From assembly GCA_041690135.1 (NCBI GenBank), contig JAWLHY010000001.1, positions 544,001 through 608,000 on the forward strand: 64,000 nucleotides of DNA, read 5' to 3'. Positions within the stretch are counted from its first letter, which is position 1; each line of letters starts with the position of its first letter. Below, piece by piece: positions 58,545-64,000 of the stretch. The notes beneath the pieces were generated by a model. It did not search any database. It was not told the origin of the DNA and was given only the letters and a program-made list of their open reading frames with translations. The DNA comes from Armatimonadota bacterium (lineage in GTDB: Bacteria; Armatimonadota; SYMT01). Both the position numbers and the translations under genes were made by a program.

Positions 58545-59372
58545 TCAAGGGCGAAGGAGACTCCCGGCCCGCCTCGCCAGTGCAAGTAGGTCGGACTTGA
58601 AGGCCGAATCCGGCAGTGCGTGGATTACCTCTTCGTAGGTCACCCAGTGAAGATGGAGGCGTTCCAGGCATCCCGCCAAGTCCAGAGGACAGTGGCGGCG
58701 GATGGCCCCTGTTGCGAGCGCCAAGTCCTCCAGTATTGCCTGCGGGTTCCCTTTATACTCCCAGAACTTGCAGCCGTAGAAGCGGGTCCTGGGATGATCC
58801 CGGAAGAGGCGAGGGGTTAGCAGGACGACATGAACCGCGTCTGGGACGGCGGTGACCCGCGTTGTTGTCCGCGTTTCTAAACCGCAGAATGTGAGGGCCG
58901 TTTCGATCACCCGCACCAACTGGTTCCGTGTCGGGTCGTGTGTGGTGCGGGAGGCCATGTCAGAGTAGAGCTTCGCCTCCACAAAGGCTATCCAGGACGG
59001 CTCTCCAGCCGGGCGGAGCGCGAACTGGATGCCACCCGCTTTGTCAGGACGCAGGGCGATGTCTCCTGTCGCGAGGTCGATGTGGCTGTTGTACTCCTTC
59101 GTCCGAGCAGGATAGGCTAGCGCTTCCAGCCAGATCGTCTCGGTGGGCGTCGGAGGTGGGGCACCGAGGAGGACGGACGCCAGCCGGGTCGGGCCGTCCG
59201 GCAGGCAGGCGTAGCCCCAGGCGCAGAGGTAGGTCCATATCTGCTCGTCCTCAACAGGTGCGAGACCGTGCTCGACGTTCGCGAGGGCCGCTCTTAAGGC
59301 AGTCTCGCTCAGGCTACCCTTCCGAAGGCTGTTCGGGAGGGGTTGCCCCAACGTGGAATCCAGAAGGGACAT
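58545..59372 (-). CDS. Putative PD-(D/E)XK nuclease
   Basis: SHIDL...FVEAKLYSD...RNQLVR, and C-terminal HWVTYE. Confidence 0.6.
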   Translation of the reverse strand: MSLLDSTLGQPLPNSLRKGSLSETALRAALANVEHGLAPVEDEQIWTYLCAWGYACLPDGPTRLASVLLGAPPPTPTETIWLEALAYPARTKEYNSHIDLATGDIALRPDKAGGIQFALRPAGEPSWIAFVEAKLYSDMASRTTHDPTRNQLVRVIETALTFCGLETRTTTRVTAVPDAVHVVLLTPRLFRDHPRTRFYGCKFWEYKGNPQAILEDLALATGAIRRHCPLDLAGCLERLHLHWVTYEEVIHALPDSAFKSDLLALARRAGSLLRP

Positions 59373-59442
59373 GGTGAACCTACACAACGCACGTGCCCGA
59401 AGTGGCTGCCAGAGGGACTTAGCCTCCCTGCAATCCTGCCTA

Positions 59443-60270
59443 TCAGGCGTCCGGGAGAGGGTTTGGTGCTCGTGGGAACACCCTCTCGAAGTCCCAGTAA
59501 TCTTCAGCGCCCACGAAGCACTCGGACAGCCAGACTTCATCCACCTGTGGCGGTGGCGGGGAGTCCGTCAGAATGGCTGTCCAGTCATCCTCTCCCAGGT
59601 AGTAGTTGCCGATCCTCTCTAGGAGCAGCACGCGCCTCGTGTCCTCGTAGCCCAGGAACTTCCGAGAGCACGCATCAAAGAAACGCATCAACTCGGGTGC
59701 CAAGCCCGCCCGCGCCTCGGCACAGGCTTCGGGTGTCAGATAATCGATGGACGACGACCAGTTGACGATCAGGCCCGAAGTTGGCTCATCCTCCTCTCGC
59801 TCAACTTCGTGCTGGCGGCGCAGTCGCCAGCCCCAACGCCCAGAGACGCCCTGGAAGGTAGCACCCGGCTCCAGGCTGCTGAACTTCACCAATACACACC
59901 GACTCACCTCGTCAGCGAAGGCGAGGAGTTCACGCCGCGACCCCTGGATCAGGTCAGGCAACTGTAGCTGAAAGGGAGCCTGCCGCAATGCCGCGCCCAC
60001 CTGGTCGAAAATACGGCCCGCGACCAGGTGATCGTTCTGATGCCGCTGGGCGTAGTCCGCAGGCCAGATGAGGCTCTTCCGCTCAATGGTCAGCCTCGCC
60101 CCGCTGGACGGATCGACATACAGCGCCTCAGGCTGTGGTCTGTCCGAGGGCGTAAGGTCAAGACAGGCTTCGTGGCGGTATCCTGTGCCTTCTGCGCTAT
60201 TGAGATGCTCTACAAACGGCTCCGTGTTTCGGCGCTCGCACCCTCCCGAGTGTGGCAGGCAGGCCATCAT
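59443..60270 (-). CDS. Hypothetical protein
   Basis: AGGAG RBS; QPEALY...IERKS may be a restriction-like motif. Confidence 0.55.
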   Translation of the reverse strand: MMACLPHSGGCERRNTEPFVEHLNSAEGTGYRHEACLDLTPSDRPQPEALYVDPSSGARLTIERKSLIWPADYAQRHQNDHLVAGRIFDQVGAALRQAPFQLQLPDLIQGSRRELLAFADEVSRCVLVKFSSLEPGATFQGVSGRWGWRLRRQHEVEREEDEPTSGLIVNWSSSIDYLTPEACAEARAGLAPELMRFFDACSRKFLGYEDTRRVLLLERIGNYYLGEDDWTAILTDSPPPPQVDEVWLSECFVGAEDYWDFERVFPRAPNPLPDA

Positions 60271-60294
60271 GCATCTCCTTGTCGTTCTAAGCAG

Positions 60295-61005
60295 TCATGC
60301 CCCTTGCGACTGGTGCTTCCACTGAAGCCAGCGATCCAGGAGGTTGCGCACGAGTGAACGCGCATCATCGAGGCTCATCGGGTTCTTCGGGGGCTGAGTG
60401 CTCTCCTTGCCGTGACGGGCGACATCCCCGAGGGCACCAACGCTGTTTGACGTGTGCTTGAAGTTCTTGATCACTGCCGCAGAAGCCCAGTCCCCTTCAC
60501 GGATGGCCTTCCCGGCATCACCCTCAATCACCTCGAAGACCACGTAGAGGTCTCGCCAGTCAAGATCACCCGACCCGAAGATTCGCAGGGCCTTGGCAAC
60601 CTCTGGGTCGTGGGTGAGACCAAACAGCATCTGCAGGTCCGGCTTCGCTGCAGGGGCGTCCGTGCCGCCGTAGAGTTCAGCGGTCATGTTGGAACGGATG
60701 CGTGCGTTCCCGCTGAACGTCACATAGTTGTGCCTGACGGTCTCACTCTCAATGAGGGTGACGCCGCCGACCGCAACCCGTTCGAAGCCGTTGAGAAGCG
60801 TCTTTCCCAGCCCATTTAAGGACTGTACGATTGCCTCGGCCTTCTCGCGCACCTCGCCCGCATCAGTGAGCGCCTCGAACTCCCTAGCCCGCAGGACGTA
60901 ACCTCCGTCCTGCTCCGTCACGTTCAGGTCATCCGACGTAAACGCAGCAGCGAGTGCTTGCAGATCGAACTTGTGGCCTTCTAGCCGTACCCGCCATTCA
61001 GTCAT
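60295..61005 (-). CDS. Hypothetical protein, possibly HEPN-like
   Basis: Clean 236-aa ORF; LYVVFEVI...FKHTSN...ARHG. Confidence 0.6.
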   Translation of the reverse strand: MTEWRVRLEGHKFDLQALAAAFTSDDLNVTEQDGGYVLRAREFEALTDAGEVREKAEAIVQSLNGLGKTLLNGFERVAVGGVTLIESETVRHNYVTFSGNARIRSNMTAELYGGTDAPAAKPDLQMLFGLTHDPEVAKALRIFGSGDLDWRDLYVVFEVIEGDAGKAIREGDWASAAVIKNFKHTSNSVGALGDVARHGKESTQPPKNPMSLDDARSLVRNLLDRWLQWKHQSQGA

Positions 61006-61153
61006 CCCTGACCACTCTCTCTGACCCTACCGATGTCCGGTAACCAGCCTGGCAGCGATTGTACCACTTTCGCGGTCGTCCGTGTATGGGGCCTGCGACC
61101 TGCGGGGCCGTCTACCCCGTAGAAGTTCCGTCCCGTGTAGGAGCGCAGCGCCT

Positions 61154-61840
61154 TCATGCCGCCTCCTCGTCGCCCCACACGATCCGGCACGCCTGCTCAC
61201 CATTGAGCCTATGCGGTGGCCGGCAGAGAGCCTCCGTCAGTGCATCGAGTTTCTCTCTGTGCGCCCGAATGATAGTTCGAGCCAGGTTCTCTGCCGCGTG
61301 GTAGAACTCCCACAGCCTCGACTCTCGGGGATCGTCTGCGTATATCTCGTCCCACTCTGGGAAGCCCAGCATCTCGCAGATAACGGCGATTGCACTCTCT
61401 GTGTCTCCTGTTGGGTCCAGGCGCTCCCGCTTCGAGAGGCGTCCGTATACCTCCCGCACAGCGGCCCTGCCCGCCGCTGTGATGCAGACACGGTCCAACT
61501 CGCTCTGGTAGTAGCTGTGGCAAATGCCCATTTCGCCGTTCTCGTCCCCCTCACGGAAGGGTGAGATCCAAACCTCCTCAATGTAACACTCTGGGAGGAT
61601 GAGGGCCACCAAAGCGTGCCCGCTCTCGTGGACCGCCCTCCTCCGCAGCTTGTGCCTGGAACATCGACGGGGTTGGGCGTTTACCTCCGCCAGGGGAACC
61701 TCTCTCTGGTCTGCTTTCGCCGCGTGTCCCGCAAATTGCCGCTTTCCTCTTGACTGCGGGGACTGGCCCTCTGGCTCAAAGCGGACACGGCTCTTGGTCA
61801 TGAGGTCGTCGCGCAGTGACGACTGGCTAGCGCTCTCCAT
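61154..61840 (-). CDS. Stand-alone M41/M50-like zinc peptidase domain protein
   Basis: AVHESGHALVA (HExxH), AAGRAA, LDALTEAL; GAGGAGG RBS. Confidence 0.65.
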   Translation of the reverse strand: MESASQSSLRDDLMTKSRVRFEPEGQSPQSRGKRQFAGHAAKADQREVPLAEVNAQPRRCSRHKLRRRAVHESGHALVALILPECYIEEVWISPFREGDENGEMGICHSYYQSELDRVCITAAGRAAVREVYGRLSKRERLDPTGDTESAIAVICEMLGFPEWDEIYADDPRESRLWEFYHAAENLARTIIRAHREKLDALTEALCRPPHRLNGEQACRIVWGDEEAA

Positions 61841-61924
61841 TCAGCCCTCCTCTGGGTTTTGTAACAGCTGGGTGCCTGCGGCCTATCCGCGAGCACCCGC
61901 TATATAAAGTTGGGGACAGCAAAG

Positions 61925-61937
61925 AATTGAGGAAAAA
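61925..61937 (-). promoter_or_regulatory. Promoter motif copy E (upstream box only)
   Basis: Minus strand TTTTTCCTCAATT, upstream of the peptidase gene. Confidence 0.5.
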
Positions 61938-62092
61938 TGCCACGGGGGCTTCCAAGCTGTGCCACCCCCACGGGCCTGCGCTACGAGAAGTCCCAAGGAA
62001 GCGGTTGCGTGGAGAGGAAGGGTTGGCGTCCGATGGGACCCGTTGTCTCGTGAAAGACCAGCCACGCTAGGGCGAAGGATCAGGCGAGGGAG

Positions 62093-62105
62093 TTTTCCTC
62101 AATTT
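62093..62105 (+). promoter_or_regulatory. Promoter motif copy F (upstream box only)
   Basis: TTTTCCTCAATTT, upstream of the SSB-like gene and divergent from copy E. Confidence 0.5.
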
Positions 62106-62125
62106 CCCAATCCACATAGCCTTCT

Positions 62126-62911
62126 GTGGTGAGAGTCAGCGGTAAGGGCCGCTGCCGGAAGAGGGGCCGTAGCTCGTATGGGCCGCGTTCGCTGTTCCAG
62201 ACCTTCTGCGCCGTTGAGGAGAGGAGACATCCCCATGCCAGCGAACTCATCTTCATCGATCTTCGCGTCACGCCAGAGAAACCCGAGGCGTGCTACACCG
62301 TGCACCTGGTGGGCCTGCCTCACGAGTACTTCGAGCACTCCAGCCGGAAGGCCGTACCTGGACGAAGACGAGAGTACGAGACGGTGCCCTTTCCAGACGC
62401 GGCCCTCAACCCGGCCCCGACTCGCATCTGCACCGAGGATCAGCCCGAGTGGGGGTCCTGCCCCTGGTGTGCTGCTGACTACGTGACTCGGCGGGTGTTC
62501 GCGGTGAACTGTCTGGACCGGGCGGATGGCAGGCTGAAGGTGCTCCGCAAGGGCATTACCGTCTTCAAGGCGTTCGCCGAGTGGGAGAACGAGCAGGAGG
62601 AGCGGGGCAATCCACTGCCAGCTCTGGGAGGGCCTCACGCGCCTGACGTGACGATCTGCGCCCGCTATGACGTGAAGGTGGTGGGGAACGTCCGGTATGA
62701 GATCACGTTCCACTCGGCTCTGTCACTGATCACGACTGAGCATGCCGATGTGATCCGGGCTGCAGGCACTCCTACTCCAGAGGAAGCCGAAGCCATCTAC
62801 CAGGCTAATCCTGAACTCCGAGCATTCCTGGTCTGGTTCCCCAGCGGCTTCCCCTTGGAGAAGGTGTTCAAGCCGATGCCCCTTGCTTGCAGAGGAGGCC
62901 TGGAGAAGTAA
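62126..62911 (+). CDS. Putative phage gp32-like ssDNA-binding protein
   Basis: CPWC...RRVFAVNCLDRADGRLKVL..G..VF, then DVTI...YEI. Start uncertain. Confidence 0.45.
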   Translation: MVRVSGKGRCRKRGRSSYGPRSLFQTFCAVEERRHPHASELIFIDLRVTPEKPEACYTVHLVGLPHEYFEHSSRKAVPGRRREYETVPFPDAALNPAPTRICTEDQPEWGSCPWCAADYVTRRVFAVNCLDRADGRLKVLRKGITVFKAFAEWENEQEERGNPLPALGGPHAPDVTICARYDVKVVGNVRYEITFHSALSLITTEHADVIRAAGTPTPEEAEAIYQANPELRAFLVWFPSGFPLEKVFKPMPLACRGGLEK

Positions 62912-63117
62912 GTCTCCAGGAGAGAGGGGATTTAACTTAGGGTGTAACGGTTGCTGAAGCCGCTGGAACACCACTGGAGAATGTGCCAGACGACCGTTGG
63001 GCAGGCAACCCAATTGGTGAGGTGAGTCTATGGTGACAGTCTTGGGCCACCACGCACAAGGCGAGGATCGGTGGTATGTCGCCTACCGCCACCGCAATCC
63101 TGAAGCGCAGGCCGCCC

Positions 63118-63426
63118 TCATCCAGCGGGCGCAGGAGCATCCTCGCCTGGCACTACATTGCTGCCGCTGAACTTGTGCTTCGTTTGAGTGGGGCACTCGA
63201 CCGAGTAGAGTAGCTCAGTAGTAGCCAAACGGGTGACGAAGATGAATCTCGCCTCCTGCTCGCTGACCCGCAAATCTCCTTCTTGACTGCTTATATAACA
63301 ATGAAAGAAAATCTGTGCTGGAAGGGAGCTGTACTCTCTCTTCACTGACGCCTGGTACGTCGTCCAGAGAGCTGCGTCCACGTCTGCCAGAACTTGATCA
63401 AGCGCGAGTCGCCACTTCTCATCCAT
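63118..63426 (-). CDS. Hypothetical protein, possibly truncated
   Basis: RVSEQEARFIF...YSVECPT...FS, then an apparent break. Confidence 0.4.
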   Translation of the reverse strand: MDEKWRLALDQVLADVDAALWTTYQASVKREYSSLPAQIFFHCYISSQEGDLRVSEQEARFIFVTRLATTELLYSVECPTQTKHKFSGSNVVPGEDAPAPAG

Positions 63427-63465
63427 TGAATACGATTCCCGAGCCTGGGCGCAACGTCGAGGCCC

Positions 63466-64000
63466 TCACGTCAGCCAGGCGCGAATATCCTGGAACAGCA
63501 GATCAACCTCATCGACCGAGTACGCGCTGTAACCGGGATCAGGTATTAGTACGCAGATGTGGTCCACGATGCACTTCCCGTCTAGGCAGCACAAACCGTC
63601 GAAGGCAACCCTGTTTTGGTGCAAGTAGTTGAAGAGCGCGGCGAACCTGGCCTGGTCACCGTCCTTCTTCTTGACCAGCACCCCCTCCAAGAAAACCTCG
63701 GCGAACTCGTTGAACCGCAGTACCGACTTCTGCTCAATGGCGTAGAACCGGACTCCGTTCGTGAAGCAGTAGTCAGGCGATTTGCCTCTTGATAGGCCAG
63801 GTACTGGTATACGGTAGGCGCATTGGCGTATCTGCGGTGCCTGTGCGATGAGGACCTCTGAAGCGGCCTTCATGCCCTGCTTGATGCAACCGACCAGACC
63901 TTGCTTGTCTCCTCCTCGCCTTGAGACCCCCTCTTCCCGCCGCAGAGCATCCCGGACCGCACCATAGAACGCTCTGGAATACTCCCCCGCGTTGTTACTG
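63466..64000 (-). CDS. Putative PD-(D/E)XK nuclease; 5' end lies beyond the window
   Basis: Frame open to the right window edge; SPDYCF...AIEQKS. Confidence 0.5.
   Translation of the reverse strand, partial: SNNAGEYSRAFYGAVRDALRREEGVSRRGGDKQGLVGCIKQGMKAASEVLIAQAPQIRQCAYRIPVPGLSRGKSPDYCFTNGVRFYAIEQKSVLRFNEFAEVFLEGVLVKKKDGDQARFAALFNYLHQNRVAFDGLCCLDGKCIVDHICVLIPDPGYSAYSVDEVDLLFQDIRAWLT

Larger units (their letters stand above)
16645..64000. mobile_element. Integrative element / defence island at tRNA-Ser; right end lies beyond the window
   Basis: Integrase next to the tRNA, a change in composition and gene content, replication and anti-restriction genes, many defence genes. No second att copy was seen. 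Confidence 0.8.

Overview
GC-rich bacterial DNA in three parts. (1) 1-2143: two minus-strand, lower-GC genes bounded by degenerate attC-like sites, i.e. integron cassettes with no integron integrase in the window. One encodes a CAP12/Pycsar-type TIR domain fused to a Thoeris ThsA-type Macro domain. (2) About 2150-16680: ordinary chromosomal genes (DUF1552, ankyrin, DMFase beta-like, HEAT, ceramidase-like, TPR, PQQ sugar dehydrogenase), REP-like repeats, tRNA-Cys(GCA) and tRNA-Ser(CGA). (3) About 16650 to beyond 64000: an integrative element at tRNA-Ser. Its backbone has a tyrosine integrase, an HNH protein, an AEP primase-like replicase, a PD-(D/E)XK exonuclease, ardC (broken), SWIM-finger proteins and a gp32-like SSB. 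Its defence cargo includes a 22-kb co-directional cluster: a Mad6/7/8 (DndFGH-like) kinase-ATPase-nuclease module with no methyltransferase, a Zn-ribbon nuclease, a type III Res remnant, and a coiled-coil McrBC (CoCoNuT-like) coupled to a DUF3800-helical protein. HNH-Shedu, HNH-TPR-PIN and other nucleases follow. The element also carries three dispersed non-coding motif families: a fixed-spacing promoter (TTTTYCTCAATTT-N12-YSCTAT), an 18-bp operator shared by an RHH gene and the kinase operon, and a GATGGGACCC imperfect-hairpin family. All family calls come from motifs recognised by eye, not from database searches.
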